Positions 9,974-20,329 of a stretch of DNA of 64,000 nt are shown one piece after another. The DNA comes from Parcubacteria group bacterium (GTDB lineage: Bacteria > Patescibacteriota > Minisyncoccia > Phycocordibacterales > Phycocordibacteraceae): assembly GCA_028286525.1 (NCBI GenBank), contig JAQBRL010000016.1, positions 17,924-81,923 on the forward strand, given 5' to 3'. The notes below the pieces were generated by a model, which worked only from the letters and a program-made list of their open reading frames with translations, had not been told where the DNA came from and searched no databases. The position numbers and the translations under genes were made by a program. The first letter of the stretch is position 1. Each line of letters begins with the position of its first letter.

Positions 9974-10555
9974 ATGAAAGCCTTTACCCTTATCGAGGTC
10001 ATCGTGCTCATTGCCGTCACGGGACTCCTGGGCCTCACCATTAACACGCTTATCGTGAACTTCTATCGTTCGAATGCCTATCTCATTCAAGAGACGTCCG
10101 CCATAGATAGTGCGCATCGCGGCCTCCGGGTCTCGTTCGAGGATCTCCGTGAAGCTTCGTACGGCGACGACGGATCGTATCCCATCAAGAGCGCCGCGAC
10201 CTCCACCATCACCTTCTTCAGCGACGTGGACAATGATGGGTCGGTCGAGCGCATACGGCTCTATCTGACGAATGGCACCCTGTATCGCGGGGTGACCGAT
10301 TCCATTTCGGCTCCCCCCAGCTATACCGGACAGCCGGAAGCGACGACCACCATTGCGACCTACGTGCGCAACAGCAGTACCACGCCGCTGTTCCGCTATT
10401 ACGACAGCGATGGTAGCGAGCTCTCGACGACGACTGCGATCGATATATCGCAGATCGCTTCCGTATCCACGACCGTGCTCGTCGACATCAATCCTTTCCG
10501 CGCACCTGATATCCTTACCCTTACGGAAACAGCGACCCTCCGCAACTTACGATGA
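9974..10555 (+). CDS. type IV pilin / pseudopilin
   Basis: MKA-FTLIEVIVLIAVTGLLGL canonical N-terminal pilin helix with Glu+5; 193 aa. Confidence 0.65.
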   Translation: MKAFTLIEVIVLIAVTGLLGLTINTLIVNFYRSNAYLIQETSAIDSAHRGLRVSFEDLREASYGDDGSYPIKSAATSTITFFSDVDNDGSVERIRLYLTNGTLYRGVTDSISAPPSYTGQPEATTTIATYVRNSSTTPLFRYYDSDGSELSTTTAIDISQIASVSTTVLVDINPFRAPDILTLTETATLRNLR

Positions 10556-11967
10556 ACCATCCTCCCCGTGGCTATTTAATGCTCCTCGCCCTCGTATTCG
10601 GGTCGATATTCCTGACGGTTCTCTTCGCGATGTCCAGTTACGTGCTGGTCGAGAACAAGCTCCAGACCGCGCAGACGGACAAAAGCAAAGGGCTCGCTAT
10701 CGCGGAAGCGGGAGTCGAATACTACAAATGGCATCTCGCTCATTTCCCGAACGATCTACAGAACGGAACCGGAGCTGCAGGTCCGTATTCCATTCCCTAC
10801 ACGGACCCGGAGGGAGGACAGACGGGTACGATTTCCCTTACGGTGAACGGCAATAACGCATGCGGCAATATCACCTCGGTCGACCTTCAGTCGGTAGGAA
10901 CTCCGACCGGCAGCGGAAGCTCCGCCACTATCTATGCCCGCTATGCGCGCCCTTCGGTCGCCCAATACTCCTATATCATCAACGACTCGGTATGGGCGGG
11001 AGCCGACCGCATCATTTCCGGTCCCTATCATTCCAATGGGGGAGTGCGTATGGACGGCACAGCCAACGCCCCGGTAACGAGTTCGCTCGCAACGTGGTCG
11101 TGCACGTCCTCCTACGGGTGCAGCCCGACCGCAACCAAGAATGGGGTCTTCGGCAGCGGACCGAATCAGACGCTCTGGAGCTACCCGACGCCCCAGATAG
11201 ATTTCACCGCTATCGCTGCCGACTTCACCTCCATTAAGAACATCGCCATCGCGCAAGGCCGCTATTTCACCCGCTACAGCTCCGGTACTTCAGGCGTCTC
11301 CGCCTTCAAGGGCTATCATCTCGTGTTCAATGCGAATAACACGGTCACGGTCTATACCGTATCGAACGAGTACAATACCAATATCGGTGCGGCGATAGAC
11401 GGTTCGAGCGACACGTCGGATTATGCGCGCATCCGGTCGGAGTCGCTGGTAGGGACCTACGCGATCAGTGCCACGTGCCCGCTTATCTATGTCGAAGATA
11501 ACGTATGGATCGAAGGAACGGTGGCCTCGAAAGTTACGGTCGTGGCCGCCAACACCGTGACCGCAGGGGTATCGCCGAACGCTATGATTCCGAACAATAT
11601 CACCTACACCTCGAGTACCGGCAGTGCAGGGCTTACCCTCATCGCCGAGAACGACATCCTTATCACGCCGGACTCTCCCAACAATCTGACGATCAATGGC
11701 ATTTTCATAGCGCAGGGAGGCGCGTTCGGTAGGAATTATTACGGCTGTCCGAGTGCGTTCGAGCCCCGCGGGACGCTTACCCTCACGGGTACGACCGTCT
11801 CTAATAAGCGTACCGGTACGAAATGGGTCAACGGTTGCGGAGGCGGAAGCGACGCGGGCTACCAGACGCGTATCGACTCCTTTGACCGCAAGCTCTCTAC
11901 CAGCCCTCCGCCATTCACCCCGTTCACCTCGACGGACTATAAATTCGTGGATTGGCGCCAGAAATAG
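10552..11967 (+). CDS. PilX-like minor pilin with large C-terminal domain
   Basis: N-terminus PRG-YLMLLALVFGSIFLTVLFAMSSYVLVENKLQTAQ matches PilX_N-type hydrophobic helix; start overlaps previous stop (ATGA). Confidence 0.5.
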   Translation: MNHPPRGYLMLLALVFGSIFLTVLFAMSSYVLVENKLQTAQTDKSKGLAIAEAGVEYYKWHLAHFPNDLQNGTGAAGPYSIPYTDPEGGQTGTISLTVNGNNACGNITSVDLQSVGTPTGSGSSATIYARYARPSVAQYSYIINDSVWAGADRIISGPYHSNGGVRMDGTANAPVTSSLATWSCTSSYGCSPTATKNGVFGSGPNQTLWSYPTPQIDFTAIAADFTSIKNIAIAQGRYFTRYSSGTSGVSAFKGYHLVFNANNTVTVYTVSNEYNTNIGAAIDGSSDTSDYARIRSESLVGTYAISATCPLIYVEDNVWIEGTVASKVTVVAANTVTAGVSPNAMIPNNITYTSSTGSAGLTLIAENDILITPDSPNNLTINGIFIAQGGAFGRNYYGCPSAFEPRGTLTLTGTTVSNKRTGTKWVNGCGGGSDAGYQTRIDSFDRKLSTSPPPFTPFTSTDYKFVDWRQK

Positions 11968-12040
11968 GCTGTTCGGTGTGGGATTTTTGAGTACGCGTCG
12001 TCCGTCCCTGCGGCCGGACGCACTCCCTCTTGCCGTCGCA

Positions 12041-12074
12041 AATTTCAGCGCAGCCGCCTTTCGGCGCTGAAATT
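12041..12074 (+). terminator. stem-loop AATTTCAGCGC/GCGCTGAAATT downstream of pilin operon
   Basis: 11-bp perfect inverted repeat seen in sequence. Confidence 0.45.
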
Positions 12075-12159
12075 ACCATGCTGCTCCGGCTCCGAGAGCC
12101 TCAAAAATTCCATCACCTCTCTTGAGAGATGGGGGAAAGGGAAGTGCTATCATTCGGAT

Positions 12160-12903
12160 ATGCTCATCGTCGGGAATTGGAAGGCCTATGTAGAAACGCT
12201 CGAGAAGGCCAAACGGCTCTATGCAGTAGCCAAGCGCCTGGCGGCTGCGGGACACCACGAGATAGTCATCGCGCCTTCTGCGCCGCATCTCGGATTCCTC
12301 GCGGGGGGAAATCGTTCAAGCGTCGAATTCGCCGCGCAGGACATTTCGAGCTCGCTTGGAGGGGCTGCTACCGGCGAAGTGACCGCGGGAGCGGTGGCTG
12401 GAGTGGGCGCCACCTATGTCATCGTGGGTCATTCAGAACGCCGCGCGGCAGGAGAAACGGATGCCCTCGTCCTCCAGAAGGTACAGCACGCGCTTGCGCA
12501 CGGCCTCGTACCTATTTTATGCATCGGTGAGCGAGAGCGGGATGCGGAAGCGCGCTACCTCGCTCATTTGCGTACCCAGATCTCCCTCATCCTTACCGCG
12601 CTTTCTCCGCAAGAGCGCAAGAAAATAGTGGTCGCATACGAACCCATCTGGGCGATAGGAAAGTCAGCGACCGAAGCTATCACTCCCACCGACCTGAACG
12701 AAATGGTGCTCTACATCCGAAAGATCCTGACCGAATTCCTGCCGGGTAAGGGCGCGAGCAAGATCAATATCCTGTATGGCGGTTCGGTGGAGTCGGGCAA
12801 TATCCGTGCGCTTGCCGCCGCATCGAGCATCGATGGATTCCTCGTCGGGCACGCAAGCACCGATGCCGCGTCCTTCGGTGCGCTCGTGAAAGCGGTTACC
12901 TAA
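12160..12903 (+). CDS. tpiA: triose-phosphate isomerase
   Basis: 247 aa; GNWK, VIVGHSERR and catalytic loop motifs. Confidence 0.9.
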   Translation: MLIVGNWKAYVETLEKAKRLYAVAKRLAAAGHHEIVIAPSAPHLGFLAGGNRSSVEFAAQDISSSLGGAATGEVTAGAVAGVGATYVIVGHSERRAAGETDALVLQKVQHALAHGLVPILCIGERERDAEARYLAHLRTQISLILTALSPQERKKIVVAYEPIWAIGKSATEAITPTDLNEMVLYIRKILTEFLPGKGASKINILYGGSVESGNIRALAAASSIDGFLVGHASTDAASFGALVKAVT

Positions 12904-12908
12904 TCGTC

Positions 12909-14042
12909 ATGAAGAGCGTACGCCGCATACCCAAGGTAATGAACGTGCCGGTCTTGGTGCGCGCAGCGCTCAACGTGCCGGTCGAGAATGGGGTCGTGAC
13001 CAACACCTTCCGGCTTCGTCAGGCCCTCCAGACCGTTGAATTCCTTCAGAAAAAAGGAGCTCGCGTAATCCTCTGCGGGCACATGGGAGACCAGGGAACC
13101 GAGACGTTCGAACCGGTGTACGCCGCGCTGAAACCCATGCTCCCGCAGCTGGAATTCTGCCCGGTATCCATAGGGAAGGAAGCGCAGATGGCCGTGAGTT
13201 CGATGCGTCCCGGCGAGGTGCTCCTGCTCGAGAATTTGCGTCGGCATCGCGGCGAGAAACTCAACGATGCGGATTTCGCGAAAGAGCTCGCGTCGCTTGC
13301 GAGCTATTTCGTACAAGACTCGTTCGATACGTGCCACCGTGCGCACGCATCGATCGTAGGCGTTCCAAAATTGCTTCCCTCGTATGCCGGACTGTTAGTG
13401 GAGGAAGAGGTGAAGCAGCTGAAAAAAGCGCTCAAGCCCAAGTATCCTGCCCTCGCCATCATTGCGGGCGCGAAATTCGCGACGAAGGAGCCGGTCATAG
13501 TTTCCATACTCGACGCCTACGATCACCTCTTCATCGGGGGAGCGCTCGCGAATGATTTCATTCAAGCGGAGGGGCATGGCGTAGGCACCTCGCTTACGTC
13601 CGGCGGAGACGTGCGCGAAATGCGGCGGCTTTTGCGCAATCCTGATCTCCTGGTTCCGCGCGATGTCGTCGTCGCATCGCTTCCGGGTACACGAGGCGAG
13701 GGGGAGATCGTACCTATCGACGCCATTCCGAAAGATAAAGCGGTTCTCGATGTCGGTCCTGGTTCGCTTGAGGCGCTCGCCCCTTACCTGAAGAAAGCGA
13801 AGACCATTCTATGGAACGGTACGCTCGGCAGGTACGAGAACGGGTTCATCGAAGGTACGGAGACCCTTGCGCGCGCCATTACCGCAACGAAGGCGTACAC
13901 CGTACTCGGGGGAGGGGATACTGTGGCGGCCGTGGAGTCCCTCGGACTCCAAAATAAATTCTCGTTCGTCTCGACCGGAGGAGGGGCGATGCTCGATTTC
14001 CTTGCATACGGCACGCTGCCGGGTATCGAAGCGCTTCGCTAG
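12909..14042 (+). CDS. pgk: phosphoglycerate kinase
   Basis: 377 aa; N-terminal RxDFNVP-like region, GGGDTVAAV and GGGAMLDFL motifs. Confidence 0.9.
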   Translation: MKSVRRIPKVMNVPVLVRAALNVPVENGVVTNTFRLRQALQTVEFLQKKGARVILCGHMGDQGTETFEPVYAALKPMLPQLEFCPVSIGKEAQMAVSSMRPGEVLLLENLRRHRGEKLNDADFAKELASLASYFVQDSFDTCHRAHASIVGVPKLLPSYAGLLVEEEVKQLKKALKPKYPALAIIAGAKFATKEPVIVSILDAYDHLFIGGALANDFIQAEGHGVGTSLTSGGDVREMRRLLRNPDLLVPRDVVVASLPGTRGEGEIVPIDAIPKDKAVLDVGPGSLEALAPYLKKAKTILWNGTLGRYENGFIEGTETLARAITATKAYTVLGGGDTVAAVESLGLQNKFSFVSTGGGAMLDFLAYGTLPGIEALR

Positions 14043-14470
14043 CTTCCGACCATCGTGCGGATCTTGTTCGCGACCGTCGCCATCTCGCCTTCGGCGTATT
14101 TCTTTTTGGTAAAACTAAGGACCCCATCGCCGTGGTATCGCGGAATGATATGGACGTGCGTGTGGAATACTTCCTGGTCGGCGGCCCGTTCATTGTTCAT
14201 AGCGATGTTTATTCCTTCCGCCCCCACCGCCTCTCGTATCACCGGTGCGAGCAATCGAACGGTTTTCATGACCGCGAGCCAGGAAGATTCGGATATGTCG
14301 AAAATATTGCGAGAGGGGGCTTTCGGTATCACGAGCGTATGGCCCGGATTATTCGGTGCGATATCCAGAAAAGCGAGCGTTTCCTCGTCCTCGTATACGA
14401 TCTCTGCGGGTATTTCTCGCTTGAGTATCTTGTCGAAAATAGTGTCATCCATGCGCACAGGATACCGCAT
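14039..14470 (-). CDS. HIT-family nucleotide hydrolase
   Basis: 143 aa; histidine triad VFHTHVHIIPR. Confidence 0.8.
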   Translation of the reverse strand: MRYPVRMDDTIFDKILKREIPAEIVYEDEETLAFLDIAPNNPGHTLVIPKAPSRNIFDISESSWLAVMKTVRLLAPVIREAVGAEGINIAMNNERAADQEVFHTHVHIIPRYHGDGVLSFTKKKYAEGEMATVANKIRTMVGS

Positions 14471-14496
14471 GCGTACTCTGGTACAATCAGCCCACC

Positions 14497-16218
14497 ATGT
14501 TCAAGCTTCATGACGCCCTTGATAGTGAGACACGCGCAGCGCTCGCAGAGTACGACGATTTCACGGCGGCCCTGCTCGCACGGCGCGGGGTTCGCACCGC
14601 CCGAGAGGCAGAAGCGTTCCTCGCTCCTTCGTATGACGAGCATCTGCATGATCCGATGCTGATGACGGATATGCCCAAAGCGGCGGAGCGGCTCGCGCGC
14701 GCCATAAGCTCGAAAGAGAAGGTAACGGTGTGGAGCGACTACGATTGCGACGGAATACCCGGTGGCGTTGTCCTCCATGATTTTCTTAAGAAAGCCGGCG
14801 CGGATTTCACGAACTACATCCCGCATCGCCACAACGAAGGCTATGGGATGAATATCCCGGGTATCGAGAAGCTCGCGCAGGAAGGCACGAAGCTAGTGGT
14901 GACGGTCGACGTGGGAATCGTCGACAACATTGCTGTCGCCCGCGCGAACGAGCTCGGCATGGAGGTCATCATCACCGACCATCATCTTCCGTCGGGAGAC
15001 CTGCCGCCGGCGTATGCGGTCATCGACCCGAAAGCGCGACCTGACGAGACCTATCCCTTCAAGGATCTCTGCGGCGGCGGGCTTGCCTGGAAACTTGCCT
15101 GCGCGACGCTCGCGCATGGCTTTGCGGAGCGCGATGCCATTCCTCCCGGCTGGGAGAAGTGGCTACTGGATATGGCGGGCCTTTCGACCATCGCGGATAT
15201 GGTTCCGTTGACGGGCGAGAACCGCGTCATCGCGAAGTACGGGCTCATGGTCATGCGCAAATCGCCTCGTCTCGGTTTCCAGAAGCTGTGCAAAGTCGCG
15301 CGAGTGAATCAACGATTCATAACCGAGGACGATGTCGGATTCATGATCGCTCCTCGCGTGAATGCCGCGTCTCGCATGGGGGAAGCGCGCGATGCGTTCC
15401 GTCTCTTCACCACGAGCGACGAGGTCGAAGCGGACGAGCTTGCAAAAAAGCTCGAAGCGCTCAATCGTTCGCGCCGTGCGGTGGCCGGAGCCACGACCAA
15501 AGCAGTGCACGAGCGTCTCGAGAAGCGGAAACTCGAAGGCGATCTCCCGAGCGTTATCGTAATGGGGGACCCCGATTGGCGACCCGGGCTTTTGGGCCTG
15601 GTCGCGAACGGCATCGCCGAAGAGTACGAGCGGCCGGTATTTCTCTGGGGCCGCGAAGGGAACGAGATTCTCAAGGGCTCCTGCCGCGCGGGCGGGAAAA
15701 CGAGCGTGAACGACCTTATGCATGCTGCGGAAGAAGCATTCATCGAGTTCGGCGGGCATGCCGCTTCCGGGGGGTTCTCCATCGCTCCCGAAAAGATCTT
15801 CGATCTTGAAGCACGCTTGGTGCGGGCGCTAGAAACCCTCCCCAAGCACGATCTCGAAGAATGGAAAGCGGACGCTCCGCTCTCTCTCGAGCAGGTATCT
15901 ACGAAGTTCCTCTATACGCTCGAACGCTTCGCTCCCTACGGCATGGGAAACGTGAAGCCGCTTTTCGCGCTGCATGACCTGCTGCTGCAGGAAGTCTCCT
16001 GGTTCGGGAAAGCGCAGGAGCATCTGCGGATCCGTATGCGTCGGGATGAGTTCGATGAGACCACCATCGAAGCGATCTCTTTCTATGCGAAACGGGACCT
16101 GGGGAAAGCGCTCGCGACGCTCGAAGCGGGGAAGCGCATTCATCTCCTTGCGCATCTTGAACGCGATCAATTCTCCAAGCGTCAGCCGGTACGGCTCCGG
16201 ATCGTCGCGCTGCTCTAG
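14497..16218 (+). CDS. recJ: single-stranded-DNA-specific exonuclease RecJ
   Basis: 573 aa; DHH motifs (VTVDVG, ITDHH) and DHHA1 GGHAASGG region. Confidence 0.85.
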   Translation: MFKLHDALDSETRAALAEYDDFTAALLARRGVRTAREAEAFLAPSYDEHLHDPMLMTDMPKAAERLARAISSKEKVTVWSDYDCDGIPGGVVLHDFLKKAGADFTNYIPHRHNEGYGMNIPGIEKLAQEGTKLVVTVDVGIVDNIAVARANELGMEVIITDHHLPSGDLPPAYAVIDPKARPDETYPFKDLCGGGLAWKLACATLAHGFAERDAIPPGWEKWLLDMAGLSTIADMVPLTGENRVIAKYGLMVMRKSPRLGFQKLCKVARVNQRFITEDDVGFMIAPRVNAASRMGEARDAFRLFTTSDEVEADELAKKLEALNRSRRAVAGATTKAVHERLEKRKLEGDLPSVIVMGDPDWRPGLLGLVANGIAEEYERPVFLWGREGNEILKGSCRAGGKTSVNDLMHAAEEAFIEFGGHAASGGFSIAPEKIFDLEARLVRALETLPKHDLEEWKADAPLSLEQVSTKFLYTLERFAPYGMGNVKPLFALHDLLLQEVSWFGKAQEHLRIRMRRDEFDETTIEAISFYAKRDLGKALATLEAGKRIHLLAHLERDQFSKRQPVRLRIVALL

Positions 16219-16236
16219 AGCGGTATACTGAGGGTC

Positions 16237-16659
16237 ATGCACTTCACGCTCTATGCCGATGGAGGATCGCGTGGGAACCCGGGGCCTGCAGGCGCAGGGG
16301 CCGTGGTGTTCGATAATCTGGGAAAACGCGTGGCCGAAGTATCCGACTATCTGGGCGTTGCCACGAACAATATAGCCGAGTACGAGGCCATCATTCGCGG
16401 GCTCAAGAAACTCGTCGAGACGTATGCTCCTGACGTGGTGCACTCGACCCCGCTTGCGATACGCATGGATTCGAAACTCGTCATCGAGCAGCTGAAAGGG
16501 AACTACAAAGTGAAGCATCCCAATCTCGTCCCTCGGTATTTGGAAGTGAAGAATCTCCTGGCGCGTTCGTTCGGCACCGTCACCTTCGAGCATGTGTATC
16601 GTGAATCGAATAAGGACGCGGACGCGCTCGCGAATCGCGCAATGGATAAGGGGGGATAA
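16237..16659 (+). CDS. rnhA: ribonuclease H (RNase HI type)
   Basis: 140 aa; YADGGSRGNPGPAG start and DEDD catalytic residues pattern. Confidence 0.8.
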   Translation: MHFTLYADGGSRGNPGPAGAGAVVFDNLGKRVAEVSDYLGVATNNIAEYEAIIRGLKKLVETYAPDVVHSTPLAIRMDSKLVIEQLKGNYKVKHPNLVPRYLEVKNLLARSFGTVTFEHVYRESNKDADALANRAMDKGG

Positions 16660-16667
16660 TCCACGCC

Positions 16668-18143
16668 ATGCCGGACACGCTCGCGCTCGTTAGTGTCATC
16701 GCGTTTGCCTGCGGCATCCTAGCTGCCGGCGCATTCCCTTTCTCATGGCCCTTCCTTGCGTTCCTCCTCCTGCTCTCGGCAGGTTTTTCCGTAGCCTGGT
16801 TTCTCGGGAGACGTGATGGATACCTGCTGCCGACGGTTCTGCTCCTGTGCTTCGCGCTCGGGAGCGCACGTTTGCTTCTCGCTCCGAGCGCACTTCCGCT
16901 CCCGCTCGTGCCGCTGGTAGGGACGCCGGTCACGCTTACTGGAACTATAAGCGGGGATCCGGATGTGCGCGAAACGAATCAACGTCTCACGCTCATGGTC
17001 GCTCGCGACGGAGTGCGTACCAAGGTACTGGTCGTCGCCGAACGCTATCCTGCCTATAGCTGCGGGGACGAAGTCACCGTCAGCGGAACGCTCGAACGGC
17101 CGCAACCATTCGATACCGATGGCGGCCGCACGTTCGCCTACGACACGTTTCTCGCCAAGGACGGCATCTTCGCGATGCTTCCGCACGCACGCGTGGCAAA
17201 GGTGGGGGAGTCCCATGCGCCGCTCGTCGTACTCGAACGGATACTCTATGGGGCGAAGCATGCATTCACGCGTGCGCTCGAGAACGCGCTTCCGGAACCG
17301 CACGCCAGTCTCGCCGAAGGGTTGCTTGCTGGCGGGAAACAAGGCCTCGGGAAAGCCTTACTCGATGCATTCACCATCGCAGGGCTCCTTCCCATCATCG
17401 TGCTCTCCGGCTACAACGTCATGATCGTCGCCGAAGCAGTGCTCGCCGGACTCTCGTTCCTTCCGAAACGCTTCTCTCTCGTTCTCGCCGCGTTCACTAT
17501 CGTACTTTTCGTCGCCGCTGCGGGCGGGGGCGCCTCCGCGCTCCGCGCGGGCGTCATGGCAGTGCTTGCGCTCTTCGCACGCGCTACGCGCCGTACGTAC
17601 GATGCGCTCCGCGTCCTGCTGCTGGTCTTCGTACTCATGCTCCTCATCAATCCGCTCGAGCTCGCCTCCGATCCGGGATTTCAATTTTCCTTCGTCGCGA
17701 CCCTGGGACTCATCGTCGCGTCTTCCGCGTTCGAAGTCCGTCTTATGAAGATCCGTTGGCCGCTTCTGCGGGAAGTGGTCGCGACCACGCTCGCGGCCCA
17801 GCTTTTCGTGCTTCCGCTCTTGCTGTACCAAACCGGGAATCTCTCGCTGGTCGCCATTCCCGCCAATATCCTCGTCCTTCCCGTCGTCCCGCTTACGATG
17901 GCGCTTTCGGCGATTGCTGGGCTCGTCTCGCTTCTCGTTCCGTTGGTCGCGATATATGCGGGCCTGCCCGCGTATCTATTGCTCTCCTATATCACGGGAG
18001 TCGCAACGGTGGCTGCGGGGTTGCCGCTCGCGCACGTCATCGTTCCTGCGTTTCCGGTCGCTCTACTCGCGCTTCCGTATGCGGGCATCGCGTGGTTCGT
18101 ACTGCGGCTTGGGAACGCTCAGTCGAAAATGCTCACCAGATAG
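16668..18143 (+). CDS. comEC: ComEC/Rec2 DNA internalisation channel (competence domain only, no beta-lactamase domain)
   Basis: 491 aa; polytopic membrane protein with ComEC competence-domain pattern; start overlaps rnhA end region. Confidence 0.7.
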   Translation: MPDTLALVSVIAFACGILAAGAFPFSWPFLAFLLLLSAGFSVAWFLGRRDGYLLPTVLLLCFALGSARLLLAPSALPLPLVPLVGTPVTLTGTISGDPDVRETNQRLTLMVARDGVRTKVLVVAERYPAYSCGDEVTVSGTLERPQPFDTDGGRTFAYDTFLAKDGIFAMLPHARVAKVGESHAPLVVLERILYGAKHAFTRALENALPEPHASLAEGLLAGGKQGLGKALLDAFTIAGLLPIIVLSGYNVMIVAEAVLAGLSFLPKRFSLVLAAFTIVLFVAAAGGGASALRAGVMAVLALFARATRRTYDALRVLLLVFVLMLLINPLELASDPGFQFSFVATLGLIVASSAFEVRLMKIRWPLLREVVATTLAAQLFVLPLLLYQTGNLSLVAIPANILVLPVVPLTMALSAIAGLVSLLVPLVAIYAGLPAYLLLSYITGVATVAAGLPLAHVIVPAFPVALLALPYAGIAWFVLRLGNAQSKMLTR

Positions 18144-18994
18144 GTATCCATGTCCCGTTGGGGTAGGTCGTAGAAATGCTGCGCCGTATCATGCAGCTTG
18201 GTGGCGAGAGCGACTCCTATGAAACGCCAATGCCAGGGCTCGTACTGATAGTACGTATTTCCTTTTGGGTAGGAGAGGATGAACCCGTACTTGTACGCGT
18301 TCGCATCGAGCCATATTCCTGCCGGCGAAGTCGCAAAGGCAAGCGACGTGCCTGCGATGCTTTTGGTGGTCAGGTCCACCGCTGTGCCGAGCTGATGCTC
18401 GGAATAGCCCTGATCGGCGGAAAAACGGTTCGAGCCCGAGCCATAGGTTACGGTGTAGCTCGATTTGAGCGTTTTCTGCTCGGCGAACGAACGATAGCCG
18501 GAGAGCGCGACTATGGGAACGCCCGCATCGCTCGCGTCGGTCAGCATGTTCTCTAGGAACGGCTTCACTTTGCTGTGGATCTGCAGATGCCGGCTCGGGT
18601 CGAGCTGATAGAGCGGGTCTATTTCAGAAAGGCTTGAGGGGATGTAGTTCTCATTGAGGAAGTACACTCGCGAATATTTCTGCAGGAGTTCTTTATCGGT
18701 CTGCGAGAGCTTCGTGAGCGTCGTTACGGTACTGGCGATCTGATCGACCTGCGTGCCGAGCGTGAGGTTCTTCTGCACTTGCTCGGCGAGCTGGGCCGAT
18801 AGCTGTTCATTGTCCGCGCGCGTTCGCGCGAGTTCGGTGGCAACCGACGTCTTCGCTGCAGTGGTGCTCGCGAGCTCGCTGCGCGTTTCTCCCAAGCGCG
18901 TGCCCAGCGTATAGGCACCGTATCCGGCTCCGCCCCCTATCACTAGAAGGATGCCGAGGGCGAAGAGGAGTGCACGAGAATCGCCCCGAATCAT
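18119..18994 (-). CDS. D-alanyl-D-alanine carboxypeptidase, peptidase M15 (VanY-like), membrane-anchored
   Basis: 291 aa; N-terminal TM, coiled coil, SEHQLGTAVDL and EPWHWRF motifs of VanY/M15B. Confidence 0.7.
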   Translation of the reverse strand: MIRGDSRALLFALGILLVIGGGAGYGAYTLGTRLGETRSELASTTAAKTSVATELARTRADNEQLSAQLAEQVQKNLTLGTQVDQIASTVTTLTKLSQTDKELLQKYSRVYFLNENYIPSSLSEIDPLYQLDPSRHLQIHSKVKPFLENMLTDASDAGVPIVALSGYRSFAEQKTLKSSYTVTYGSGSNRFSADQGYSEHQLGTAVDLTTKSIAGTSLAFATSPAGIWLDANAYKYGFILSYPKGNTYYQYEPWHWRFIGVALATKLHDTAQHFYDLPQRDMDTYLVSIFD

Positions 18995-19023
18995 GGGGCG
19001 ATTCTAGCATGCATTATGGGTTG

Positions 19024-19614
19024 TTACGCTGCCGCGCTGAAGCGATCCTCGATGACGGTCCAATTCACATTGTCGAGGAAGGCCTCCACGTAGCTCTTCT
19101 TGTCCGCAGGGACGTAGTCGACCATGTAGGCGTGCTCCCACATATCGAGCGCGAGGATGATCGGGAGTCCTGACAGCTGTCCGAGCTGGTGATCGTCTAC
19201 CCATGCGGTATGCAAGGTCTTACCGGGTGCATCGTAGTAGACCACCGTCCAGCCGATACCGCGCGTACCGGCTACCTCCTTGATGTGCGATATGAAATTC
19301 TCGCCGCTTCCGTATTTTTCCGCTGCGGCGAGCGCGAGCGCGGACTTCGGGTCGCCTCCTTTCGTTCCTTCGAATTGCTCGAAGTAATACTCATGCATGC
19401 GCATGCCATCGAACTCGAATCCGAGGCGACGACGCATCTCGGCGATGGCGAATTTTCCGCCCTCGTCGTCCGTCTGTTGGTATGCGGCAATGGTCGCCAT
19501 CAGTAGATTCACGTTCTTCACATATCCTTGGTACAGCGCGAGGTGCACCTCTATCTGTTTCTGCGAAAGGCCCTTGAGTTCCGGTAGATCGAACGTACGT
19601 GCGGTGTAAGTCAT
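19024..19614 (-). CDS. sodA: Fe/Mn superoxide dismutase
   Basis: DMWEHAYMVDY C-terminal signature; likely start MTYTARTFDLPEL (ORF track start 19638 is upstream in-frame Met). Confidence 0.9.
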   Translation of the reverse strand: MTYTARTFDLPELKGLSQKQIEVHLALYQGYVKNVNLLMATIAAYQQTDDEGGKFAIAEMRRRLGFEFDGMRMHEYYFEQFEGTKGGDPKSALALAAAEKYGSGENFISHIKEVAGTRGIGWTVVYYDAPGKTLHTAWVDDHQLGQLSGLPIILALDMWEHAYMVDYVPADKKSYVEAFLDNVNWTVIEDRFSAAA

Positions 19615-19665
19615 ATAGGTCCAGTATACCAAGAGCATCTAAAGGTACGATGATATGCTTTTGGC

Positions 19666-19935
19666 ATGGAAAGCCTTAATCTGTCCGAACAGGAAAAACG
19701 AAGGTCCGCCGCGCGCCAACAGCTTCGTAATGAATTACAGGCGAAAATGATGAGCAAGGCGTTTCCGAAAAGCTCCGAACCGATACGGGAGTGGTTATCC
19801 GAGGAGGAAGGGCCCGCACTTGCGCAGCGGTTCGGGGACTGGTTCGACAAAACAGGAGGAGTGGGCGTTGACCCCGCGCGAGAAGAAGATATTACGGCGC
19901 TCCTCCGAGAGTTGCAGGGCCCGACCGTCCACTAG
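19666..19935 (+). CDS. hypothetical protein
   Basis: 89 aa ORF, charged, no motif. Confidence 0.3.
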   Translation: MESLNLSEQEKRRSAARQQLRNELQAKMMSKAFPKSSEPIREWLSEEEGPALAQRFGDWFDKTGGVGVDPAREEDITALLRELQGPTVH

Positions 19936-19984
19936 CCCCAATAGAACGGCGTATTCACGCCCGCTTCAGCAACGATGACGTTAT

Positions 19985-20284
19985 ATGAATACGTTATCCG
20001 GAACTAAACTTCGTTATCTTTCTATGGCAACCGTCATCAACAATCCGAACACTGACACCCCGTCTTCCAGCGGGGGCTGGGGAGTCGCTATCATCATTCT
20101 CGCTATTATCGTGCTCGGCCTCCTCGCGTTCTTCGTCTTCGGACGGGGTACGGCTTCGGGAGGTGCAGGAACGACGCAGGTGAATATCCCGGTCAGCACT
20201 GGCTCGGGTGCAGGCACGGCTCCGGCACCCACGGGCGGCTCGGCAGGAGCAGGCACCGGTGGTGCGGCAGCAACCGGCTATTAA
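19985..20284 (+). CDS. small membrane protein with Gly/Ala/Thr-rich tail
   Basis: single TM WGVAIIILAIIVLGLLAFFVF then GGAGT repeats; followed by strong terminator. Confidence 0.35.
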   Translation: MNTLSGTKLRYLSMATVINNPNTDTPSSSGGWGVAIIILAIIVLGLLAFFVFGRGTASGGAGTTQVNIPVSTGSGAGTAPAPTGGSAGAGTGGAAATGY

Positions 20285-20318
20285 AAAGAAAGGCCCCGTA
20301 CGGGGCCTTTCTTTTTAA
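20283..20318. terminator. bidirectional rho-independent terminator AAAAAGAAAGGCCCCG-TAC-GGGGCCTTTCTTTTT
   Basis: perfect GC stem flanked by A-run and T-run, between convergent genes. Confidence 0.7.
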
Positions 20319-20329
20319 CGAGCGCTTGA